DNA of 64,000 nucleotides from Camelus dromedarius (lineage: Eukaryota). The DNA is taken from NCBI RefSeq assembly GCF_036321535.1, contig NC_087436.1:19408001-19472000 (forward strand). The letters are read 5' to 3'. Shown in pieces: positions 52,891 through 64,000 of this stretch (its first letter is position 1; each line of letters starts with the position of its first letter). The position numbers were made by a program, and so were the translations under genes. The notes below the pieces were generated by a model. That model was not told the DNA's origin. It ran no database searches and saw only the letters and a program-made list of their open reading frames with translations.

Positions 52891-53940
52891 TTTTTCCTAT
52901 TTCATTCTTACTTTTGCGTCTTCTTTAAAGAATTGTTTCTGAAGGCATATGGTTAGTCTCATATTTTCTTCTAGAAGTTTTAAAGTCATGCCTTCCAATT
53001 CTAGGTCTTCAATTTAGGTAGTAGTTTCTCTTTCAGTATATTGTGAAAAGTCATTTTCTCCCCTTTTCCTAACAGCATTAGGATGGAGCGACCGTCATAT
53101 ATAGCTTGCTTTCTCACATTGCTTGTACTTTTTTTTTTTTTTTTAATTTTTTTTTTTTTTTAATCACAAACGCCTATTCAGTGGGGGTTGTTTTATCCTG
53201 GCATCCACTTTGCTCTGTATTACTGAAGTGACTCCAAGGGGAAGTTTTACATGTACTTCTTTCTGGGCCACAGGCGTTCTGCTGGTATTTGATTCATTTT
53301 GTCGTTTCTTTACTTTGGGTTAATCATGAGTCTGGGAATTGTTGAATCACATGGGTAGTGTAAATTCCAGCCCGTGCCCACCCTTGCTGCAGACCCGAGT
53401 TACCTGCTTGACTGTCTATGGGGAGTTTTCTAGTTGCTCTTACTTGACAGGCAGCCCTTCAGCATCCTGCTCTGATGGCCACGGATGCCTCAGCTCCTGT
53501 CCTCACCCCCTGCAGCCAGAGCCCGTGCTTCCTGTTGCTTCGTGTGCACGAATCAGGTTCACCTGGGAGAGCGCATGCTTGACCACTATGGCTTTGACTT
53601 CTGTATGTCTCGTACCAGGGCTTTTTGTTTTAGCTCAACTATAATTTCAGATGTTATGTTGTTATGATAATCTCTTCATTGGGTGGTGTGAATTTGAGGA
53701 TCGTCTCACATACTCCCGTTCCCCGCCTCTACCCTCTCCTTTGACATCATTTCTGGCACATCTCAAAATTTCCGGTTCACTTTTCATTACAAAAACAGTC
53801 ATATATTTAATCATTATGATCAACTTTTTGTTATGAAATGATTCAGAGTAGTCTAGCTTAAAACTCCAAGTTCCCTTCTCTGCCAATTTAGTCCTAATCT
53901 GTTTTTAAAAATGCAGAAAATCATACTTTTTCTTAATGAA

Positions 53941-53961
53941 TATATATATATATATATATAT
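53941..53961. repeat. (TA)n microsatellite
   Basis: Direct reading. Confidence 0.9.
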
Positions 53962-54023
53962 GAGATAAAAATATAAACTTTTTTTTTAAAGAAGCCTTGA
54001 GTGGGGAAGGGACAGCTGAAGTT

Positions 54024-54183
54024 GGGGAGGGTACAGCTCAAGTGGTAGAGTGCCTGCCTAGCATGCACAAGGTCCTGGGTTCAATACCCTGTACCTTCTC
54101 TAAAAATAAATAATAAATAAGCCTAATTACCTCCTCTTCCTACAAAAAAAACAAAAACAAAAAACAAGAAAAAAAAAAAAAAA
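54024..54183 (+). mobile_element. tRNA-Ala-derived camelid SINE (long-tail form)
   Basis: ggggagggtacagctcaagtggtagagtgcctgcctagcatgcacaaggtcctgggttcaatacc, then aataaataagcctaattacctcc and poly(A). Confidence 0.9.
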
Positions 54184-55884
54184 GAAGCAGTGGGGAAGAG
54201 GGCACAGTCTGTCTCACTCTTTTTTTGTTTTCTCACCCTCCCTACTCTGTGGAATCCGGGTGAGACTAGGACCGTCGCATGAGAAGGAGAGGGACAGAGT
54301 CTGATCTTATGCATGTGGTTCTGAGCTGGCTCTCAGTGTCCTCTGTCATGGCAGGTGTCCACGTGCTATACTCTTTCCTGGAGCATTTGGGGAGGGAATT
54401 CTTCGGAGTACACCTCCAGCCCCTGCCCCTCAACCTATCCCTTCAGCCTCTCATTGCTGCAGTCTCCTCACCCTGGAAGTCTGCTATTAGCATCTCACAA
54501 AGTGAATCAAGTTTGATGGCACTCCATCGAGGCACCTACTTGGCCCATGGAACTGACAGAACCTTCCCCATCGCAGAACTGAAATATACTTTGCCCGATT
54601 GCTTACCTCCCTCCCTGTGCTGCCATTGTGCTCTGTGCTAGGCAGCCTCCCCACCCTCGGCCGTTTCTAGTTTGCAAGCGAGTGCTTGTCTCTGGTTCAT
54701 TCCATGCTCTCCCTATCCCCCCTGCCACAATTCTAGGGAATATTCCTTGATGGTTCCAAGAGCTCTCAGTGCACCTGCTGCTGTGGCAGTGAACGTCCAT
54801 CCCCAACCTGGGGGTGGAGGTGTGCTGGGCACGTCAGCTTCCTCCCCTAGAGGAAGAGGAAGAATCAAAAGACCCACTGGTCCTAGAAATTCCTTTCCTC
54901 AATCTCCTCAAGAGCTCTTAGTCCTTATTGTACAGCCTGCATGTCAAATGGCCTCTCGCCTAGTTTTCATGTCTTTTTGTAAGTGTTCTGTGGGTATGTG
55001 TGGGCTATTACTTTAGAATGGTGGCATACTTGCCATGCAGACTCTTCAGCTTGGAGCATTATTAGAAATTCTGAGACAACCATGAATGTCCCATTTTAAC
55101 ATTTGGTAAGCATCGTTGTATACGTTGACTGTGGAAGCAGGTTATGCAACAGTGAACACCAGAAGTTTCATAAATCAACTTTCAGTAGATCATTTGCACT
55201 CAGTGTACACAGTAGATTTCATTTTTTAATTTAGTGGGCTGATGAGGGAAAGAAAAAGAGGGGTTTGGGGCCAGCATTGTGGAAATACAGGGTTATTAGG
55301 AGGAGACTTGGGTCGGGTCCAGGGGTGTCATATATTTGGAGTTCAGTCATTTTATAAAGGGACCACATATAACCCCAGCGCATGGAAGGTGGTCAGTGCA
55401 CAGCAGTTACAGAAAGTGAAGGTTTGGGGCTCACTGTAAGATAAAACTTCTGAACATTGAAGGGCATTCAACAATGCAAGTGCTTGCTTTCACGAGTTAC
55501 TCTGTCCCCATTCCTTTTAGTGTTTTTTTTTTTTTAAATTTACCTTTTTATTTCAAATAATTCCAAGTGAGTTATGACAAAATTAATTGAACTTGCTCAA
55601 TTTTCTAAAATAATTTAATGAAGACAGGCTGTATAATACATAAGGAAATACTGGTAACATACCATATAGCAGGTAAAATTGGGCTGATACTAAAAGCAAT
55701 GTATTATCTAAAAACATGTAATATAAAGGAAGCCATATACTCATACCTCAGTATAAACTTTTTAGTTAGCATTGATCAAATTGTCCATCAAATGTGATTA
55801 CACCAAGGTATACACTTTGCACATAGGATTCCTGAATTAATAATGAAAACATTACTGTGCAGTCTCTTCAGTTAACACAAGAAG

Positions 55885-56050
55885 TATCCATTCATTCATT
55901 CATTTATTCATTCATTCTTTGATTCAGTAATATTTATTAGGGGTTTGCTACAAGTCAGATTACGTTCTAGGCAGTGAAGACACAATCTTGTACAAATTAG
56001 ACGAAATTCTTCTTGTAATGGAGCATTCTAGAGGGGGAATGAATGGATAA
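55885..56050 (-). mobile_element. L2 3' end
   Basis: (ATTC)n, then cagtaatatttattag...tgctacaagtcag...ttctaggcagtgaagacac. Confidence 0.7.
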
Positions 56051-56781
56051 TTAAACTGTTTCTAGCAGAAGAGATCATAACAAATGAAACACTATATTTA
56101 AAAATCAGTAGACTCTATCAGATATGGCTTCCAGAAGACAGAGAAGAGGAAACTCACATCCTAAGAGAGTCTGGTCGTAGAATTTGAAAGGTCCTACTTT
56201 CAGAACAGATTGTCTTCAGTGGCTTATGTTTGGTCTCAGTACATGAAGGTTGTATTCTCTCTAGCCATGTTTGTTTTAATATAAAAATACAAGTGGTTTT
56301 TTAGTTTATTTTCAAAACCAAATAGTCACATGCTGCAGACACTCGTTGAAGATGCCCCCTGTTCATCTTGTGTCTTCTTAGACCCCGAGCACAATGATGT
56401 GTGTCCAGAGGGTATTCAGCCTCCAGCTTGTCAGGCAACCAGCAAGAGATCTCACTAATGTGCAAAGGAGGGATTGAAATCTTAGTTTTACTTGAAAATA
56501 AAATGCATATTACGTTCTTAAGACCTAGGGATTTAAAATGCAAACAATAAATGGCTCAATGTCTTGCTGCCGAGATACAGAAGTGTAACACGTTAAAAAC
56601 AGAAAGCCAAACAGGACAGACAGGACAAAATGAAAAATAAAAATGACCTGCCCACTCAGTCCCTTTCAACAAATTTAACCATAGTTGAGGATTTTTTTGT
56701 GATTCCTTTCAGAAAAGAATAGTGTTTTTTAAAACTTATCTGTGTGTATATATGTGTGTGCACATATTTACATAATAGGAA

Positions 56782-57530
56782 TGTGATATTATAATAAAAA
56801 ATATATATTTGGTTTTTGTCTCAGTTCCTGGCACAGAGCTCCTAAAACACTTGGATCTTCTAAGTGAGAAGAACTGGAAAAGGTGCCTTTTGTTATGCTA
56901 ATCAGGCGACTTTTGGAAAATCCCTAGCTAACCTGAGGATGGGGCTGGTTGCCAGGGGAACCAACCAGTGATTAGAAGGTTGGATCCCTGGGGAGGGGAG
57001 AGGGGTTGGAGATTGAGTTCAGTCACCAATGGTCAGTGTTTTCATCAATCATGCCTGTGTGATGGAGCTTCCATAAAACCCCAGAAGAACGGGTTCAAAG
57101 AGCTTCCAGGTTGGTGAACACTGGAGGTGATGAGAGAGAGGCGCACTCAAGGCAGGGAAGCTCCACACCCTTTCCCCACACCTCGCCCTCTGTATCTCTT
57201 CTATCTGGCTGTTCCTGAGTTACAGCCTTTCATAATAAAGCAGTAATCTAGTGAGTGAGCTGGTTTCCTGAGTTTTGTGAGGTGCCCTAGCAAATTGGTC
57301 AAACTGGAGGACAGAGTTGTGGAAACCTCTGATTTATAGCCAATTGGTCAGAAGCACAAGTGACAACCTTGACTTTTGATTGATATTTGAAGTGGGGCAG
57401 TCTTGTGGTAGTAAACCTGGGAAATCTGATGCTATCTTAGAGTAGATGGTGTCAGAATTGAGTTGAATTGTAGGAGACCCAACTGGGGGTGGGTGAATTT
57501 CATGGTGGCGTGGAGAAACACATTACACAC
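56782..57530 (+). mobile_element. MER21-like solo LTR
   Basis: tgtgatattataataaaaaatatatatttggt...ttcctggcacagagctcctaaaac...gatggggctggttgccagggga...agagcttccaggttggtgaacac...aataaa...gtgtcagaattgagttgaattgtagga. Confidence 0.85.
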
Positions 57531-58513
57531 ACTGTTTTAAAACTTGCTTTTTTATGTATAATATCTTAGCCAGCTCTCAGATGAGTATATCCAAAGCATC
57601 TTTTTAATGAGTATTTGTTGGTAATTTAGAGTTTATTTAACTAACTCTCTTGCTTGTATAGCAGTGGCAAGTTTTTTAAAAAGAAATTTATATTAAGTAT
57701 ATTTATATAATAATATCATAATAGGGAGGTTAAGAGAAGTAAAATGAGATGTTGTGAAAGAGATACTTATATTGGGTGGGAGACCAAAGTCTAAATCTGT
57801 CATTTCTGTCGCTTGGCTGTGGTGCCAGGTGGCATCTCTGGTCCTCTGTGCCTCTGTGTCTGCCGGTCCATGAATTCTGCCAAACACATGGAATAACTTA
57901 GTTGGAGAAGTAGACTTTGGATGTTTCTGGGGATCCTGCTTATTTTAATAATCCATTAGGAAACGTGGAGCTGTGTCATCAGATTCCTTCCTTAGAAGAC
58001 TTTATTTAGTCTGCTGTCAGGCAGGGAGGCATGTAGGTAGGTCATTCAATAGTGTGACAAGTGCCTGGCAGAAGCTTGCTCAGGGCGTTGTGGCAGCAGG
58101 TACAAGGGCACTCAGTCCACCTAGAAGTGTGGTTGTGTGTGTGTTGGAGATGGTGATAGAAAACTTCTTGGAAGGACTGCCTAAGCTGAGTCACTAACGT
58201 ACATGGGAGTTACCTGGGTCGAGGAAGGCAGGAGGGCGTTCCAGGCCAAGAAGCAAAGAGGTAAGAAACAGCGCGATGAGTCAGGGGACTCACAAGTTGT
58301 TTAGTGTTGTCAGAATATAAATCTTGAGGCAATAAATGAAATGGACAGAGAGCTGTGGCTGGAGGCCTTATACATCATGATGAGAGGCTGGGAAGTCCCC
58401 CTTAAGTCAAAAGACATGCATGTCTTTCTGTATCAATTCTAAATATTTATCATCACTCTTTGGAACTCTGGAAAACATAATTCCTTCTTGTGCTGAAACT
58501 ACGTTGAGCCAAC

Positions 58514-58730
58514 TGTTAGCTTAATTATCTATTGCTGTTGAGCCCAAGATCTTCGGTTTGGTGTCTGATTTCACATGGCTCTCCAGAGTACCCAGAACCT
58601 TAATTAGCCGTGTCACAGATGGTTGCCAAGCTCACTACGTGGGAGCACTGAGGGATAGAGTAGGTGAGTGAGTTCAAATCCATCACCACTATCAAAAAGA
58701 CAACTAAGAAGTTGGCCTGCAGCATCTTTT
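58514..58730 (+). mobile_element. Ancient tRNA-derived SINE remnant (MamSINE1-like)
   Basis: caaatccatcaccactatcaaaaagacaact matches the MamSINE1 body as I recall it, preceded by a decayed tRNA-like head. Confidence 0.5.
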
Positions 58731-60175
58731 GATACCTAAGACATCCCATCACTGTCATCACCATGATTTTATAAAATGCAGGAACATAGTCAGTCCACGT
58801 GAAATATATTGCTTGTGTTTGAGTTAAAAGAGAGAACAAGATGGAATGGGAGTGTAGTGATTTGATCTCATGAGTTGATACTTAATTTTACTTTGACTTC
58901 TGAGTCTTTTTACATCTAATGATTCTTTTTTTTTTTAATGTTTGGCAAAACCATTAGTTACCTAGTCTAAGGTTGGGGAAGGGCACTGGATGGAAACAAT
59001 TTGAAACGAGAACCTCAAAGTGGAATACTTCATGCCTTTACTAAAAAGATATAAATTCGTTCTAAACACAAAATTGGGTCTAGAAATAAACATTGTGGGG
59101 AAGGTGTGTTTTTGTAGAAAGGATGGCATTATTGCCTATTGATGTCCTCACAACTCATTTATTTATACAGTTTTACTTATTTTTTTCCACACATAAAACT
59201 TTTTCCTGAATCATCTATAACAAGATTCCAGGAATATATGTTAAATATGTTGCTGTAGTTTACAGTTGTCATCTGTGATGTTTTATTTAGCCGAGTCTTT
59301 TTTTTCCCTGCTCCCTGCACAACACGGAACACCATATGCCATTGTCCCCATCAGGAAGCAAAGGTTTCCCTGGTCGGTGCCTGTGCCTGTGTTTATGCCA
59401 CAGAGGAGCTGTGGTCCAGTGCCATCTTTTATTGATAAGGCCAGCAAAGGAGAAATCTAATGAAATTATCAAAGCTTTGAATTAATTATGAACTTGAATA
59501 GGAGAGCTAAGCTCTCTGGAGCCAAGGATCTCATTACCCATGCACTCTCATTGCATTCTCTTCTGGAGCAGAAGGCATTTGCAGCTACAGCTCTTAGCTT
59601 AGCTTTGGACTTTATTCAAACTTGCAAAACTGACATCCTCTTCTTGCTGCAATGTGGCTGCTAACGTCCATGATGATTAATTTAATTCTGCTCTGGATCT
59701 ACAGGAGATGCCAATAGGTTTTCTCTACCTCTTCTGCTTTTTATTATTTTTCTTTCTTTTTTCCCCCATCAAATTGGATGTCATACAAGTTTTTATCCTT
59801 TTGGGGCAATGTGAGAAAGAGAAGCTTTCAGAATTCAGGTGTAGCCTCACGGAATATAGTGATTGATTTAAAGTTAAGAACTATATTATATCTACTATGT
59901 ATACCCAGGATATTTAGGTAAGCACAAAGTCAAATATTTCTTCTTTGAGTTTTGAACACCAAATGGAAGTTTTTCTTGCTTGTTTCTACTTTAGAATTAA
60001 TAGTGTAGCAATAACTTCCATGATCTTAACAGCATTGTTCATATGTCTAATGTGTGTTGTATGGGAACTACAGAGCTCACTATTTGGGTGTTGCTCATAG
60101 GACTTATGGTCCCTGATGGAAAGTGGTTAATGTTTGCTTTACAATTCTGGTATTCTTTTCCCTAGTAATATGAAA

Positions 60176-60299
60176 TTCCTTCCTTCCTTCCTTCCTTCCT
60201 TCCTTCCTTCCTTCCTTCCTTCCTTCCTTCCTTCCTATCTCCCTCCCTCCCACCCTCCCACCCTCCCTCCCTTTCTTTCTCTCTTTCTTTCTCTCTTTC

Positions 60300-60374
<75 letters not shown>

Positions 60375-60457
60375 CTTTCTTCCTTTCTTTTTATCTTTCC
60401 CTCTCTTTCTTTCTCTGTCTCTGTTTCTCTCTCTCTCTCTTTCTTTCCTTTTTCTTT
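60176..60457. repeat. Compound (TTCC)n/(CCCT)n/(TTTC)n/(CT)n pyrimidine tract
   Basis: About 280 bp almost purely C/T on the + strand. Confidence 0.97.
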
Positions 60458-60797
60458 GGTGAATAAATCAGCTTCTGACTGTTTTAAATCTATAACAATA
60501 AGGTTTCGACTTACTATTGGTGATGATTCTTTAGTACTGTCATATAGGTTCAAAGCATCTCATGGCAAGCCTTTTCTGCTTGCTTTTGAGACCCATTATT
60601 TATGAATTCCTAAGCTGCAGCTCATCTGTCTTAGTAAACTACAGGCCACTGGCAATTTTTGTAAGCAGTGACTAACTTTGCTTTACAGAGTCAGTGTTTT
60701 GAGGTTTTGCATAGTGGGGGATGGGAGAATGAGAATCTGCTTTTCCTTTTCCTATTTACTTTCAGTGAGTTTTTCCCCCCATTTATTTTCTCTATAG

Positions 60798-60836
60798 GCA
60801 GCTGCAATATTTAATTCAGCCTTTGGAAGTTTTTTG
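60798..60836 (+). CDS. SLC10A7: SLC10A7 internal coding exon (39 nt, probably exon 5), AAAIFNSAFGSFL
   Basis: Acceptor ttattttctctatag|GCA, donor TTG|gtaagt. Exactly 13 codons in phase 0, continuing GGNE-AAAIFNS as in SLC10A7. Confidence 0.95.
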
Positions 60837-60917
60837 GTAAGTAAACATGGTTTAATTTGTCTATGATAACTTTTGCTTTGTTGTTGTTTGTTTGAAAGAT
60901 TTAGAGAAAATTGGACT

Positions 60918-60948
60918 TATTTATTTATTTATTTATCTATCTATCTAT

Positions 60949-61003
<55 letters not shown>

Positions 61004-61009
61004 TTTTTT
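60918..61009. repeat. (TATT)n tetranucleotide repeat with a (TATC)3 interruption
   Basis: Direct reading. Confidence 0.95.
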
Positions 61010-63109
61010 ACTATTTGGTTAAATATAAAAGTTCTTGAATCCTGTCATGTGCCATTATCCATGCCCTGAAAAAAATTAGTAAATAAAGGAAACGTTCTTT
61101 TACAATATAATTTGGAGGCTTGGGTTTAATATTCCATTTAATACGTTCAAGGAATCAATTAAAACACTATGTGTCTCCTTATAGAGGTTATATCAATATA
61201 TTGATCGTTTAATGAGGTCCTTTAGATTATTATTATTTTGTATCATGGGACTGAGGATTTGGAAAAGGAAACCCGACCCAGCTGGTCAGAAAGAGAATGC
61301 TAATTTACTTGTTGACATGTCATTTATTTTGTACATTTCACTGTCAAAGAAGCTACTGTCTTGGCTACTTCTGAGAAATCTATGTGAGAAAAATTTGAAA
61401 TGAGGAAATAACTAATGAGTAATTTGCAAGAAAATGCAGTATTTTCTGCCATGTGAACCAGAAATTGTATATAAAAAGATTAAAAATAGTTCATCTTTCA
61501 TAAGTAGAACTGATATATTTATAAGGACACTACTATTTTAGCATTTTCAATCATTATGTTTTAAACAGATGATGTAACAAAAACTTGGTTTGTATTATGA
61601 AGGAAAGAGAAAGAAACTGAGTTTTCTGTCAATTGAGTAGTTTATTTATGCCCTCCTAAATCTTTGTTAAATTCAGGAAGGTAAATCAGAATATTGTATT
61701 TTTAAATATATAAATCATTAACAGATATGTGGTATAGTGATTTACAAAACATTGAGAATAAAATCAGTGAGGTATGTAAACTGGTTCATGAGTCTAGGCA
61801 GAATGTCAATTACTTCTATTTAAAATACTCTTTATGTCACTTATTATTACATGTATTTAAATGCAGTTGAAGCTTTGAGACATATTGTTACGTAGTGTTA
61901 ATTCTGCACAGTGCTATATATAGCTTTTAATGTCCCAATGTTACAGAGCTTTTAATAATGTAGCTTCTGCAAAATAATATACTTAGATCCTATCTTGTTT
62001 TTAAAGAAATAGTAACGTTATTCCTGATGGTATATTATTCAGTTTTAAAAGAGAGATTGTAGAGTCTATTTAATGAAAATGATCCTTTGAGCTCCTTACT
62101 TTATACTTGGTAATATTTTATTATCATTATGTTGCGTATCCAAGTATTATTTTCTATATGTTGTCCCAATTGACAAAATAATATCTGTAAAATATGATCT
62201 TGCTGGAAGCCAACTTGTAATATGGTTTGGATTCATGTATATCCACTATCAAAACATGGTTTCCTCAGCTGGAGCTCTTACTCTCTAAAATGTCTGGTGT
62301 AATTGAGAAAACAAATTTGAGGCCGTTGTCTGAGTAACAAAAGCAAAATCCACTGTCCTTTGGTTGGAGGGCTGGCTCACTAAGTACAGTTTGAGCATTG
62401 CACTGACTGCGTGAACAATAACGTATGATGATACGTGTTCTACCTGGCCCAATTCTTTGGTAAGATCCAGTGAAGTAAAACTTGTGCTAGAGATTCTTTA
62501 GGATTTTTGTTACACTCTTTCACTTTTAAGAAGCTATGCATTCTCATTCCTTGGTCTTTTGCTCTTTTTCCTCTCTACCTTTTTTTTCTTACATTACTTA
62601 ATCAGTCAGAAGTGTTTATTGATCTCCTGCACACAGAGGTAGTTTTCTAGTAGCTGTAAAGTGCAAAAAAAAAAAAAAAAAAAAAAAGACATGGGTCCCA
62701 CTATGGTGTGGCAATAACAGGTAGAAAAAGAAATACAATGTAAAAGCTAACAAGTCAAACAGAAGTTACCAGATGATGTATGATTGAAAGGTGAGACTCT
62801 GAATTGAAAGATCCGACAGAAACAATTTTGCTCTTGGGCCTTGAAGTATGTTAGGACATAGTAGAGAAGAGAGGAGAGGAAAGGGCGTGAGCAATGACAG
62901 AGAGGCAGTCGTGTCTTCCATTTTTCATTCCTCTCCCTTTCCCTCCTTTTTCTTTCGTAAAGTTGAAAATTACCAGAAATGGTTGAGAATAAAAATTATG
63001 ATTGGCGATGTTTTAGTCCCGTGTTATAAGAGAAATAATTCTATTTCTCTTTTACCCCTCTCTACCATAGTTACAATGAACCTTAGATTATCAACTGTGC
63101 ACAAGTCTA

Positions 63110-63620
63110 AACTAAATCAATTAGAATTAGGTTTAGTTTACTTAACAGAAAAAAAAAATAGTGACTTCTACAAGATAAAGGTTTATTACTATATTATGTA
63201 GGATCTGGAGGGATCCTGTCCAGGTATGATTATGGGAGCTTCATGGTCTCATTGTGAACAGAGATACCTATCTTTCTCCTCCATCATCTGCAGCATGCAG
63301 CTTCCTTCATCAAGGTTGCCTCATGATCCAAGATAGCTGCTGGAGCTCCAGCCAAAAAGATACCTGGATAGCAAAGTCTTTACCTTGAGAAAGCACAAAA
63401 GAGCCCCCCTAAAAGCTAAATCTGCTTTCTTTAAACAGAATTCCTGGAATTCTGACACCATACTTGCAGTAGCGTCCTACTGCTGAACTTAGTCCTACGA
63501 TCCTGCCTCGCCTCTGGAGAGGTTGAGACGTGTGGCAATTTGCTAAGAGCTACAAATTGGATTTCTGTTACTAAGGAAGGAGAGAATGTATCAAAGGCAG
63601 CTAGAACTTTCTGCAAATGA
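63110..63620 (-). mobile_element. MLT1-type solo LTR
   Basis: aacagaaaa...atagtgact...aagataaaggtttatt...caaggttgcctcatgatccaagatagctgctggagctccagcca...tctgttactaaggaagga. Confidence 0.75.
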
Positions 63621-63864
63621 GCAGTGTACATCAATTACCAAGAGTTTGAAGAAAGATAAAACTCAGTTGAATGATATGAGAAGGTTTCAGGGAGAAGTTG
63701 ATGCTTGAGCTAGGCTTGGGAAAAGGACTTATTTTAGAGGGAAATTCCAAATGATAGCCTTCATGTTTTATTCTGTTATTGTTAAAGGCTGGTACTTGTT
63801 AGAGGGTTTTATATATATATATGTAAATGAAAAGTATCCAACTATCCTTAAAATTTAGGATTAT

Positions 63865-64000
63865 GGGTAGTAGTATGGTCTCTAGAGTCAGACTGGGTTT
63901 AAATCCCTAGTTGACTGAATACCATCCTAACCACATAACCTTTCCTATATATAAAATAGGGTAATGATAGTACCTAAACTATACAGTTGAGGTGAGGACT
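63865..64000 (+). mobile_element. MIR SINE (runs off the window end)
   Basis: tctagagtcagactgggtttaaatccc...tataaaatagggtaatgatagtacct...gttgaggtgagga. Confidence 0.75.

Noticed and set aside
47595..57530. Two same-orientation MER21-like LTRs 9 kb apart as a possible provirus
   Set aside because: The MER58-like MITE and old L1 resume right after the first LTR. The two LTRs differ substantially and there is no gag/pol between them, so they are independent solo LTRs.
60104..60553. 149-aa K/E/R-rich and 110-aa F/L/S-rich ORFs
   Set aside because: Translations of the (TTCC)n/(TTTC)n microsatellite.

Overview
This is mammalian nuclear DNA, not prokaryotic. It is most likely camelid, judging from five tRNA-Ala-derived vic-1-type SINEs and the absence of recognisable Alu, B1/B2, Bov-tA or PRE-1 elements. 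The window lies inside SLC10A7 (+ strand) and carries three consecutive coding exons: 3509-3645, 8410-8485 and 60798-60836. Their phases join cleanly to give [16 protein letters not shown]...[43 protein letters not shown]. The rest is intron, mostly one 52.3-kb intron. It holds a full-length RPL17 processed pseudogene (- strand), L1/L2/MIR fragments, solo LTRs (ERV1-like, MER21-like, MLT1), DNA-transposon MITEs and microsatellites. Repeat family names come from recalled consensus motifs, not from a search. The most unusual region is a GC-raised island at about 24.3-25.3 kb. Its + strand shows ordered, frameshifted motifs of a hAT/Ac (ZBED4-like) transposase. Its - strand has a 228-codon frame with one TGA that ends exactly at a perfect CAG|GTAAGTAT donor. 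Other leads are an unidentified 109-bp tailless insert with an 11-bp TSD, competing splice and termination signals around the 39-nt exon, a candidate poison exon, a CTCF-like site and several CpG-retaining non-repeat blocks. No novel system can be established from sequence alone.
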